Source of the DNA: a virus
Reading direction: 5' to 3' (one strand)
IMG/VR virus record: IMGVR_UViG_3300033565_000024
DNA: 48,298 bases
Shown here: one piece after another, positions 1 through 8,507 of the stretch
How positions within the stretch are numbered: the first letter of the stretch is position 1
Layout: each line of letters opens with the position of its first letter
The notes under the pieces: model-generated
What the model was told of the DNA's origin: nothing
The model's database searches: none
Seen by the model: the letters and a program-made list of their open reading frames with translations, nothing else
Translations under genes and position numbers: made by a program

Positions 1-127
1 TGAGCTAAAATTTTCACGCGAAAACTTAGAACTTGAACCAGAAGAATTAGCCGAACAAGCACTCCTCCCATATAGTGTAACCGGCTTCGTTATCGGTGGA
101 AGTAACGAACACCTTGGAGTAACCCTC
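1..127. repeat. Terminal overlap identical to 48172..48298 (circular assembly overlap or terminal redundancy)
   Basis: Base-for-base identity read directly: tgagctaaaattttcacgcg...ggagtaaccctc at both ends. Confidence 0.95.
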
Positions 128-451
128 ATAGGTTCAAAATCTGTTGATTGCGGTACCCTGAATCTGATCAGCCCTTTCACTAAGTACGAAGGCGAATACA
201 AATACGGGATGGAACTATCCATTGCAATCGAAGCCTGTGTGTATGAGGTTGAACAATATCTGTTTGAGGGCAAATGTGCGGTGAAGCAAATGGAACTACC
301 GTTTGATGATGCTATCAATGAGGCCGATTCTGCAACAGTTACATTCATTGATAATGAAGGGAATGAAAGCGAGCCTGTTGACCTTAAAACAGCTAAGAAA
401 AGGCTTAGCAAGAAGCTTGATGGGGTGATGTCATCAGATGTCCCCGTTTAG
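2..451 (+). CDS. Hypothetical protein, 3' part of the wrap-around ORF that starts at 47963 (219 aa when joined)
   Basis: The frame of 47963..48298 continues without a stop through the overlap to the stop at 449-451. The listed ORF 209..451 is its C-terminal part. Confidence 0.6.
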   Translation, partial: ELKFSRENLELEPEELAEQALLPYSVTGFVIGGSNEHLGVTLIGSKSVDCGTLNLISPFTKYEGEYKYGMELSIAIEACVYEVEQYLFEGKCAVKQMELPFDDAINEADSATVTFIDNEGNESEPVDLKTAKKRLSKKLDGVMSSDVPV

Positions 452-494
452 GCAGTACAAGTGGAAGAATGACAGCCGGGAAAGACCGGCACCC

Positions 495-600
495 GACCGG
501 GTAGCTCAGTAGGTAAGAGCATTTTGGTGTATAGGTTGATCTTTCGATTAAACATACTTTGAATAACAAATGTACGCAGGTTCGAATCCTGTCCCGGCCA
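495..600 (+). tRNA. tRNA gene with a 33-nt insertion in the anticodon arm (candidate anticodon GUA, GUU or GAU depending on junction)
   Basis: Canonical acceptor (gaccggg/cccggcc, one A.C mismatch), U8A9, D arm gctc-agtaggtaa-gagc, T arm gcagg-ttcgaat-cctgt, discriminator A. Total 106 nt versus 73 expected. Anticodon stem ttttg(522-526)/caaat(567-571) encloses 40 nt instead of 7. Confidence 0.6.
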
Positions 601-628
601 CAAATTAAACAAAAACCAAACTAACAAT

Positions 629-2350
629 ATGATCAATTTACTCTACATCGACTTGTTTGCCGGCGCCGGCGGAACTTCAACCGGGGTTGAATCAGCAACC
701 GTTCACGGGCATAAATGCGCAAAGGTTATTGCATGTGTGAATCATGATGCAAATGCTATTGCAAGCCATGCGGCCAACCACCCGGATGCGCTCCACTTTA
801 CAGAGGATATTCGCACACTGGACCTTACTGATTTAATTGAGCATACAGCAAGAATGCGCAGGATGTTCCCGGATGCTGAATTGGTGATATGGGCCAGCCT
901 TGAATGCACTAACTTTTCGAAAGCTAAGGGGGGACAGCCCCGCGATGCTGACAGCCGGACACTGGCTGAGCATCTGTTCAGGTATATAGAGGCTTTAAAC
1001 CCTGAATTTGTTCAAATTGAAAATGTAGAAGAGTTTATGAGTTGGGGGCCGCTCGATAATAACGGTAAGCCTTTAAGTAAATCCTGCGGAATTGATTATA
1101 TGAGGTGGCTGAAGCATATTCAGGCTTATGGATACCAGTTTGATTTCAGAATATTGAATTCTGCTGATTTCGGCGCCTATACTTCCAGAAAAAGGTTTTT
1201 CGCTCAATTCGCTAAAAATGGTCTCCCCATTTCCTGGCCTGAACCAACGCATGCCAAAAATCCAACATCGGGAACAATGTTTGAAAACGAAGTACTTGAA
1301 AAGTATAAGCCAGTCCGCGAAGTACTGGACCTGAACGATGAAGGTGAAAGCATTTTTAAGCCAGGCAAAATCAAAAGTGAGAAAACAAGGGAGCGGATAT
1401 ATGCCGGGCTTATAAAGTTCGTGGCCGGTGGAAAGGATGCATTTTTGATAAAATGGAATTCAATGTCGCAATCGGGAAAGTATGTTGCCCCCGATATGGA
1501 TCAGCCTTCACCGGTTGTTAGCACTCAGAACAGACTTGGAATTGCAAAGGTTAATTTCCTGTCAGCTTATTACGGTAATGGCGACAATGTGAGTTCAATT
1601 GACGGACCAGCCCCAACCGTAACCACAAAGGACAGGCTTTCACTTGTACAAACTCAGTTTCTTAACTCATACAACTACAAAGACGAGCCAAAGGATATTA
1701 ATAACCCCTGCCCGACACTTACCACAAAGGACAGATTGAGTTTGGTAAGTCCTCAATTTCTCGATCAGCAGTTCGGGCAAAGCAAACCGGCCAGCATCGA
1801 AGACCCTTGTAACGCTATAACAGCAAATCCTAAGTACGCGCTTGTGAGCTGCGATAATTTCCTGATGAATAATTATTCCGGAGGCGGCCAGCACTCAGAC
1901 ATTGATAAACCGGCACCGGTAATTACATCAGTTCCAAAGCAGAATGTTGTTTCGTGCCAGTATTTTTTGATGAACCCGCAATATTCTAATCCAGGCGGTT
2001 CAGTTGATAACCCATGCTTCACACTTATCGCGCGAATGGACAAAATGCCTCCTTACCTGGTTGTAACCGAAACCGGACAGGCTGCAATTGAGGTGTATGA
2101 ATCGGATACCGAAATGGAGCGAAAAATAAAAGAGTTTATGGCCCTGTATGGTATTGCAGACATCAAAATGCGAATGCTTCGCATACCTGAACTGAAAAGG
2201 ATCATGGGATTTTCCGCAAAATATAAGCTAATCGGTACCCAGGCAGAACAGAAAAAATACATTGGTAATGCTGTTGAAGTCAACACAGCTAAAGCAATAT
2301 GTTCAGCATTGGCAAGTAGATTATTATCACTTAAAACCAGGGTAGCATGA
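629..2350 (+). CDS. DNA (cytosine-5) methyltransferase with expanded, repeated target-recognition region
   Basis: Motif I DLFAGAGG, catalytic-Cys motif SLECTNFSKAKGG (E-C instead of P-C), motif VI QIENVEEF, motif VIII TSRKRFF, motif IX/X RIPELKRIMGF...YIGNAVEV. Confidence 0.88.
   Translation: MINLLYIDLFAGAGGTSTGVESATVHGHKCAKVIACVNHDANAIASHAANHPDALHFTEDIRTLDLTDLIEHTARMRRMFPDAELVIWASLECTNFSKAKGGQPRDADSRTLAEHLFRYIEALNPEFVQIENVEEFMSWGPLDNNGKPLSKSCGIDYMRWLKHIQAYGYQFDFRILNSADFGAYTSRKRFFAQFAKNGLPISWPEPTHAKNPTSGTMFENEVLEKYKPVREVLDLNDEGESIFKPGKIKSEKTRERIYAGLIKFVAGGKDAFLIKWNSMSQSGKYVAPDMDQPSPVVSTQNRLGIAKVNFLSAYYGNGDNVSSIDGPAPTVTTKDRLSLVQTQFLNSYNYKDEPKDINNPCPTLTTKDRLSLVSPQFLDQQFGQSKPASIEDPCNAITANPKYALVSCDNFLMNNYSGGGQHSDIDKPAPVITSVPKQNVVSCQYFLMNPQYSNPGGSVDNPCFTLIARMDKMPPYLVVTETGQAAIEVYESDTEMERKIKEFMALYGIADIKMRMLRIPELKRIMGFSAKYKLIGTQAEQKKYIGNAVEVNTAKAICSALASRLLSLKTRVA
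1499..2068 (+). repeat. Six tandem ~33-aa coding repeats (D-x-P-x-P-T-[VLI]-T...L-V...F-L) inside the C5-MTase variable region
   Basis: DQPSPVVSTQNRLGIAKVNFL / DGPAPTVTTKDRLSLVQTQFL / NNPCPTLTTKDRLSLVSPQFL / EDPCNAITANPKYALVSCDNFL / DKPAPVITSVPKQNVVSCQYFL / DNPCFTLIARMDKMPPYLVV. Confidence 0.8.
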
Positions 2351-3567
2351 CAGATCATTCTTTAAACCTGTTTGGAGTAAAGCGCATTGATTTCAACGAG
2401 CAAATAAGGCTTACATGCGAATCAGTAAATACATATGGGCAATTTCATAAGCACTGGGCCATTGCTTGGAGCATGGGAAAGGATTCCACTGCACTGCTTA
2501 CTCTGATTGTTCAATTAATTGAGACTGGCCAAATAAGGAAACCTGAATCATTAACTGTTTTGAGAGCCGATACCCGCATGGAGCTCCCTCCCCTATGGAT
2601 CGCATCTGAATTCATTATTGAAAAGCTAAAAGGGAAGGGAATTGAAGTAAGGACCGTAATGTCAGATATGGACGACCGGTTTATGACCTACATCCTTGGA
2701 CGTGGTGTTCCGCCCCCATCTAATACCTTCCGGTGGTGTACAGGTCAAATAAAAATTGAACCGATGGAGAAAGCCCTTCGGGATCTTTATAATGAAACTG
2801 GTGAAAAAATATTGATGCTTACAGGTGTGAGGCAGGGTGAAAGCGCAATTCGTGATGGCAAAATACATATGAGCTGTGCTAAGGGTGATGCAGAATGTGG
2901 TCAGGGTTGGTATCAGACAGGTTTAAGTACGGATTTATGCAGCACACTGGCTCCTTTATTGCATTGGCGTGTATGTTCAATCTGGGACTGGTTAAAGGTA
3001 TTTGCGCCATCAAAGAATTATGGAGAATGGCCAACGGCAATACTTGCAGATGCCTACGGTGGAGATAATGCTGGAGATATAGCAGCCAGAACTGGATGCA
3101 TAGGTTGCCCATTGGCCTCAAAAGACAAAGCCCTGATTGAAGTAATAAAAATAACTGCCTGGAAGCATCTTATTCCATTAATGGAACTAAAACCCCTGTA
3201 TAGAGAAATGAGAAAGCCTCAATATAGACACAGAAAATCAGGAGGTGACAGAACTAAAGATGGGAAGTTAAGTAAGAATCAGCAGCGATTAGGCCCATTG
3301 ACTCTTGAGGCAAGAACATACTTTTTGAATAAAATATTAGACATTCAAAACAGGGTTAACGCGAAATCAAAAGACATTGAATTCTTGCTTATAGACAAAG
3401 AAGAAGAATTAAGGATTCGTGAGTTAATTGATCTTAAAACATACCCAAACGGATGGTCAGGCGAAGAGATTACAGGTGATATTACGCTTGACAATGTTTA
3501 TTCCGATGGTTCGGTAATGCCGATATTATTTAGGGATTGGGTGGGACAATCAGCATTAAACAGTTAA
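2347..3567 (+). CDS. PAPS-reductase-fold / DndC-like ATP-pyrophosphatase (putative DNA sulfur- or other base/backbone-modification enzyme)
   Basis: PP-loop WSMGKDST, FRWCTGQIKIEP, GVRQGESAIR, Cys cluster ARTGCIGCPLASKDK, C-terminal QQRLGPLTLEARTYFLNKIL resembling DndC. ATGA overlap with the upstream MTase. Confidence 0.75.
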   Translation: MTDHSLNLFGVKRIDFNEQIRLTCESVNTYGQFHKHWAIAWSMGKDSTALLTLIVQLIETGQIRKPESLTVLRADTRMELPPLWIASEFIIEKLKGKGIEVRTVMSDMDDRFMTYILGRGVPPPSNTFRWCTGQIKIEPMEKALRDLYNETGEKILMLTGVRQGESAIRDGKIHMSCAKGDAECGQGWYQTGLSTDLCSTLAPLLHWRVCSIWDWLKVFAPSKNYGEWPTAILADAYGGDNAGDIAARTGCIGCPLASKDKALIEVIKITAWKHLIPLMELKPLYREMRKPQYRHRKSGGDRTKDGKLSKNQQRLGPLTLEARTYFLNKILDIQNRVNAKSKDIEFLLIDKEEELRIRELIDLKTYPNGWSGEEITGDITLDNVYSDGSVMPILFRDWVGQSALNS

Positions 3568-3571
3568 CAAT

Positions 3572-6190
3572 ATGAAGACATATACAGAATTCCTGAGAAA
3601 CAAAATAAAACTTGCGCCAAAGAACGGGTTCGAACTGGATATCGAAGAAATCAACCCCGCACTCAAACCGCACAACAAAATAATGGTCAAGTGGCTTGTA
3701 GAAGGTGGCCGCAGAGCTTGTTTCGCATCCTTCGGGTTGCATAAGACAGTCACACAACTTGAAGCTGTCAGATGTACGCTATTGAAGGCAGGCGGAGGCA
3801 TGGGATTAATAGTTTGTCCCCTGAACGTAAAGCAAGAATTTTTTGAAGATTCGAAAAACATTTTGGGATGGAAAACACCTCCGAAATTCATCAGGCGAAT
3901 TGAAGAAACAAGCGGAGACGGCATTTATATCACCAACTATGAAAGCATACGCGACGGCAAACTTGACCCTCGACATTTTAAAGCTGCTTCGCTGGATGAA
4001 GCTTCCATACTTCGCGGGCTGGGTGGTTCAAAAACTTTTCGTGAATTTATGAGGTTGTTTACCGGTGATGCTGGACCGATGGGTTCGCGCCGTGGAGCTG
4101 ATATGATAAAATACCGTTTTGTTGCCACGGCCACTCCTTCACCAAACGATTATATTGAGCTTCTTGCTTATGCTGATTTTCTGGGAGTGATGGATGTAAG
4201 TCAGGCTAAAACCAGGTTCTTTAAGCGCGATTCAACTCAGGCTGATAAATTAACGCTTCACGCACACAAGGAAGACGAATTCTGGCTTTGGGTTTCGTCA
4301 TGGGCCTTATTCACCAGCAAGCCTTCAGATATTACGCTCAACGAAGAAGATGATCTTGGTTACATTTTACCGGAACTGGATCTTCGCTGGCACGAACTTC
4401 CAACCGACCACATCAATGCCGGAATGGAAAAGGATGGACAACAGTATAAAATGTTCAAAGATGCCAGCCTTGGAATCCAGGAAGCTGCAAAAGAAAAGCG
4501 CGACAGCCTAAATGAACGTATTGCCAAAATGATGGAATTAAGACTGGAAAATATTGGCGCACACAGGATTATATGGCATGATCTGGAAGCTGAGAGATAT
4601 GCGATTGAAAAAGCAATTCCAACTGCAATTTCAATTTTCGGTTCACAGGATTACGAAAATCGCGAAGAGGCAATTCTGGGATTTACACATGGTGATTTTC
4701 AGGAACTGGCTGCAAAACCTGTTATTGCCGGTTCCGGGTGCAACTTTCAGCGACACTGCAGCTGGGCAATATACCTTGGGATTGGATTCAAGTTCAATGA
4801 CTTCATTCAGTCTGTTCACCGGTTGCAAAGATTTCTGCAAAAGAACACAGTTAGGATTGATTTGATCTATACAGAATCGGAGGTAAACGTTCGTAAATCG
4901 CTTGAAAAGAAATGGGTTAATCACAATAAAATGGTTTTAAAAATGACTGAAATAATTAAAAAGTATGGCCTTTCTCACTCAGAAATGGCACAGGTGTTAA
5001 GCCGTAAAATCGGAGTTGAAAGGGTTGAAATTACAGGGCGCAATTTCGTCGCAGTTAATAATGACAATGTTGAAGAGCTGGCCGATACAAAAAGGATAAA
5101 AGACAATTCAGTTGGATTGATCCTGACATCAATTCCCTTTTCAACTCAATATGAATACTCCCCAAATTATGCCGATTTCGGGCACTCAGAAAGCAATGAA
5201 GAGTTTTTCAGGCAAATGGATTACCTCACTCCAAATCTTTATCGTGTGCTTATGCCTGGCAGAATTGCGGCTATTCATGTAAAAGATCGTATTATTCCAA
5301 TGGGTTTGTCCGGAATGGGGTGCCAGACAGTTTACCCGTTTCACATGGATTGCATTCAGCATTACACAAAACACGGATTCGCATACATGGGAATGAAAAC
5401 CATTGTAACAGATGTAGTAAGGGAGAACAATCAGACTTACCGCCTCGGATGGACCGAGCAATGCAAGGATGGAACAAAGATGGGTGTTGGTATGCCTGAA
5501 TACCTGCTTTATTTCCGTAAGCCACAAACAGACTTAACAAATGCTTATGCAGATGTTCCTGTAATGAAGGCGAAAAAGGATTGGAAGCGTGAAAATCAGG
5601 AGTGGATAAATCCTAATGGTTATTCTCGCGCACGTTGGCAGATGGATGCAGCCGGATACACCCGCAGCTCAGGAAACAGGGGTATAACTCCAGAAGAACT
5701 TGCAAGCATGGAGCCTGACAAGATTTTCAAATGGTTTCGCGATTATACCAAAAATGAAATTTGGGATTTTGAATACATCGTAAAAATCGCCGAAACGCTC
5801 AAAATGCGGGGAAAGCTTCCTTCGGGGTTCATGTTACTTCAACCGGCCAGTTGGACTGATGAAGTATGGACAGATGTTACCCGCATGAGAACGCTGAATG
5901 GTAGCCAGTGGAGCAACGGAAAGGAAATGCACCTATGCCCTATGCAGTTTGATATTGCAGACCGTGTAATTGAGCAAATGAGTAATCCGGGAGATATAGT
6001 ATTGGATCCTTTCGCAGGTCTTTTCACAACACCATACCGGGCATTGTTGAAAGGCCGAAAAGGTTACGGAATTGAGCTCAGTAATCCCTATTTTCTTGAT
6101 GGAGTTGTTTACTGCAAATCAGCTGAACACGAAGCAAGTATGCCTACCCTGTTTGATATGCTCGAAATGCAGGAAAAGATTTCCGCATAA
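3572..6190 (+). CDS. SNF2-like helicase fused to a beta-class N6A/N4C DNA methyltransferase
   Basis: N-terminal half: FGLHKT (degenerate Walker A), LDEASILRG (DEAx box), VATATPSPNDYIELL (motif III), helicase-C-like GSGCNFQ...QSVHRLQRF. C-terminal half: motif IV LTSIPFSTQYEY then motif I VLDPFAGLFTT...GYGIELS. Confidence 0.8.
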   Translation: MKTYTEFLRNKIKLAPKNGFELDIEEINPALKPHNKIMVKWLVEGGRRACFASFGLHKTVTQLEAVRCTLLKAGGGMGLIVCPLNVKQEFFEDSKNILGWKTPPKFIRRIEETSGDGIYITNYESIRDGKLDPRHFKAASLDEASILRGLGGSKTFREFMRLFTGDAGPMGSRRGADMIKYRFVATATPSPNDYIELLAYADFLGVMDVSQAKTRFFKRDSTQADKLTLHAHKEDEFWLWVSSWALFTSKPSDITLNEEDDLGYILPELDLRWHELPTDHINAGMEKDGQQYKMFKDASLGIQEAAKEKRDSLNERIAKMMELRLENIGAHRIIWHDLEAERYAIEKAIPTAISIFGSQDYENREEAILGFTHGDFQELAAKPVIAGSGCNFQRHCSWAIYLGIGFKFNDFIQSVHRLQRFLQKNTVRIDLIYTESEVNVRKSLEKKWVNHNKMVLKMTEIIKKYGLSHSEMAQVLSRKIGVERVEITGRNFVAVNNDNVEELADTKRIKDNSVGLILTSIPFSTQYEYSPNYADFGHSESNEEFFRQMDYLTPNLYRVLMPGRIAAIHVKDRIIPMGLSGMGCQTVYPFHMDCIQHYTKHGFAYMGMKTIVTDVVRENNQTYRLGWTEQCKDGTKMGVGMPEYLLYFRKPQTDLTNAYADVPVMKAKKDWKRENQEWINPNGYSRARWQMDAAGYTRSSGNRGITPEELASMEPDKIFKWFRDYTKNEIWDFEYIVKIAETLKMRGKLPSGFMLLQPASWTDEVWTDVTRMRTLNGSQWSNGKEMHLCPMQFDIADRVIEQMSNPGDIVLDPFAGLFTTPYRALLKGRKGYGIELSNPYFLDGVVYCKSAEHEASMPTLFDMLEMQEKISA

Positions 6191-6196
6191 ACTAAA

Positions 6197-6211
6197 TAGT
6201 CCCATAGACAA
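6197..6211. promoter_or_regulatory. Copy of the phage palindrome (TAGTCCCATAGACAA) without a recognisable -7 box
   Basis: Matches T(A/T)GTC..T.AGACAA. The segment 9 bp downstream is TAACAAAC, not TAnnTTTG. Confidence 0.3.
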
Positions 6212-6232
6212 TAAAACCAATAACAAACATCC

Positions 6233-6466
6233 ATGAGAAACCTAATCAAAACCATCAAAGAAAGAAAAGAGCTTCGAAAATTCAGGAACAATCTGATACG
6301 GGGACAAAGGGTAAAGATCAAAGCCAGTGAGAGCGAAACGATTTGCACACCTATCATTTTTGTGTCGCAACTCGAACGCAAAGTAGTCATTCACACGAAG
6401 GATCACCCTTACGAATCCTTTGAAATTTCAAAAGTATTTCCAATTAACCCAATTAATAACCAATAA
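6233..6466 (+). CDS. Hypothetical small basic protein
   Basis: 77-aa ORF in the same orientation and tight spacing as its neighbours. No recognisable motif. Confidence 0.5.
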   Translation: MRNLIKTIKERKELRKFRNNLIRGQRVKIKASESETICTPIIFVSQLERKVVIHTKDHPYESFEISKVFPINPINNQ

Positions 6467-6477
6467 AAATCAATCTT

Positions 6478-6762
6478 ATGAAATGCACACGAATCTATTA
6501 TGAAAAATGCTTCAACCTGGGCAACTACCAGAATGAGAAAGTAGGCGTTGAAATCGAACTTGCCGAAGGCGAAACGGCGACACAGGCGCTTGATGCGTCC
6601 AAGAAGTTTGTCGAAAAGAGTAATCCAAAATCAGACAAAAAATTGGAGCTGAATAATGCGAAACACATCATTGAACATAAAGATTCTTTCAGCTACAATG
6701 ATGTTGTAAAAGCTCAGTCTATTATTGACAAATCTCCCGAAGAAGACGACCTTCCATTTTAG
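6478..6762 (+). CDS. Hypothetical protein
   Basis: 94-aa ORF, co-oriented, 6 bp before the next gene. Confidence 0.55.
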   Translation: MKCTRIYYEKCFNLGNYQNEKVGVEIELAEGETATQALDASKKFVEKSNPKSDKKLELNNAKHIIEHKDSFSYNDVVKAQSIIDKSPEEDDLPF

Positions 6763-6768
6763 CCCGTT

Positions 6769-8424
6769 ATGCAAATCACTAAATCAGGAAATTATTTCCG
6801 AATTGCTTTTCATTACAATCCTTACCTGGTTGAAAAAGTAAAACAACTTCCGGAGCGCAGGTTCGATGCATTGAACAAATGCTGGATCGTTCCTGCCTCC
6901 CAGGAGGGTGCTGTCAGGAATTTTGCCGACAGGAATAACTTTTCATTCTGTGTGGATGAGGTTGCCGATGAGACTTATGCCGAAATACCTGCCATGCCGG
7001 AACTCACTCAGGCTATTCCTTTGAAGATGGAAATGTTCCCTTTTCAAAAGACAGGGGTTGCCTATGCGATAGAGAAAAAGAGGTTAATAATCGGGGACCA
7101 ACCTGGTTTAGGCAAATCTTGTCAGGCAATTGCAACGGTTATGGCCGGTAATGCCTTCCCTTGCCTGGTAATTGCTCCATCATCATTAAAGACTAACTGG
7201 GAACGTGAATGGGCTATGTGGACCGATAAGAAGTGCATGATCCTGAATGATGCGGTGAAACGCAATTTTAATCTGTTTTGGGATGCCAACCTTGTTCAGG
7301 TGTTCATTGTCAATTACGAATCCCTCAAGAAGTACTTCGTTGAAAAGATTGAAATTCCGAAAGGTCAGAAGCTTCGCATCAATCACATCCATTTCAAGAA
7401 GCAGTTTGTCGGGATGTTCAAATCTGTGATCATCGACGAATCGCATCGTTGCAAATCATCAGCAACACAGCAGTCGAAGTTTGCAAAGGGAATTTGTACA
7501 GGAAAGGAATACATCCTAGCGTTAACAGGAACCCCGGTAATTAACAAGCCGGTTGACTTAATTAGCCAGCTGGGTATCATTGACCAGATGAATGCATTCG
7601 GAGGTTACCAGGCGTTCAAGCAGCGATATTGTGCCGGTCCTGATGAGGCCAGCAACCTGCGGGAATTGAATTACAGGCTGAATATGACTTGCTTTTACAG
7701 GCGTGATAAACAGGACGTGTTGAAGGACCTTCCCGACAAAATGCGGCAGGTGGCCATGTGTGAAATTTCAACCCGCAAAGAATACCAGGATGCTGAGGCA
7801 GACCTTGTTAAGTACTTACGTGAATACAAGGATGCGGATGATGAAAAGATAGCTCGTTCATTGCGTGGTGAAATTATGGTAACGATTGGAATTCTGAAAA
7901 ACATCAGTGCCCGGGGCAAATTGGCTGATGTGTATGAGTTCGTGGATGATATCCTGGAATCAGGTGAAAAGCTTGTTTTGTTTGCCAATCTGCATGAGGT
8001 TATCAATGCAATAAAGGCTCACTATCCGAAGGCTGTCAGCATTACCGGTATGGATGATATGGCCAGCAGGCAGCAGGCCGTTGACAGCTTCCAGAAAGAC
8101 CCGAAATGTCAATTGATAGTTTGCTCAATAAAAGCTGCAGGAGTTGGTTTAACCCTGACAGCTTCTTCCCGGGTTGCATTTATCGAGATACCATGGACAG
8201 CAGCTGACACGGATCAGTGTGAGGACCGGTGCCACAGGATCGGACAGAAGGATTCAGTTACTTGCACCTATTTTCTGGGGCAGAATACAATTGATGAACA
8301 CATCTACAAGATCATTCAACAGAAACGTGAAATCGCCAAAACCATAACCGGGGCAACGGAACAGGTTGAAGAGAACATTGTCGATTTGGTAGCAAATTTA
8401 TTTAATCAGGAAAGGAAACTGTAA
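6769..8424 (+). CDS. SNF2-family helicase with N-terminal HARP-like domain (SMARCAL1-type annealing helicase)
   Basis: N-terminus YFRIAFHYNPYLVEKVKQLPERRFDALNKCWIVP. DQPGLGKSCQAIA (Walker A), IIDESHRCK (DExH), LTGTPVINKP (motif III), C-terminal QCEDRCHRIGQ. Confidence 0.85.
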   Translation: MQITKSGNYFRIAFHYNPYLVEKVKQLPERRFDALNKCWIVPASQEGAVRNFADRNNFSFCVDEVADETYAEIPAMPELTQAIPLKMEMFPFQKTGVAYAIEKKRLIIGDQPGLGKSCQAIATVMAGNAFPCLVIAPSSLKTNWEREWAMWTDKKCMILNDAVKRNFNLFWDANLVQVFIVNYESLKKYFVEKIEIPKGQKLRINHIHFKKQFVGMFKSVIIDESHRCKSSATQQSKFAKGICTGKEYILALTGTPVINKPVDLISQLGIIDQMNAFGGYQAFKQRYCAGPDEASNLRELNYRLNMTCFYRRDKQDVLKDLPDKMRQVAMCEISTRKEYQDAEADLVKYLREYKDADDEKIARSLRGEIMVTIGILKNISARGKLADVYEFVDDILESGEKLVLFANLHEVINAIKAHYPKAVSITGMDDMASRQQAVDSFQKDPKCQLIVCSIKAAGVGLTLTASSRVAFIEIPWTAADTDQCEDRCHRIGQKDSVTCTYFLGQNTIDEHIYKIIQQKREIAKTITGATEQVEENIVDLVANLFNQERKL

Positions 8425-8441
8425 AATAATTCAAACATGAA

Positions 8442-8473
8442 TAGTCTATCAGACAATTTCAACCGTATATTTG
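8442..8473 (+). promoter_or_regulatory. Palindrome TAGTCTATCAGACAA + 9 bp + -7 box TATATTTG (promoter of replication module)
   Basis: Palindrome 8442-8456, TAnnTTTG 8466-8473. Confidence 0.6.
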
Positions 8474-8507
8474 TAATCGGATTCAAACATGGTAGTTTGT
8501 CCGCCTA

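Noticed and set aside
527-566. Interpretation of the tRNA insert as a group I intron, a long class II variable arm, or a YrlA-type Y RNA
   Set aside because: 33-40 nt is far below the group I size. The extra nucleotides sit inside the anticodon stem, not after it (the variable region is only gtac). YrlA RNAs have a closed acceptor and open anticodon side, the opposite topology.
448-636. 62-aa minus-strand ORF covering the tRNA locus
   Set aside because: It lies exactly antisense to a sequence with complete tRNA acceptor, D and T arms. It has no protein-like features.
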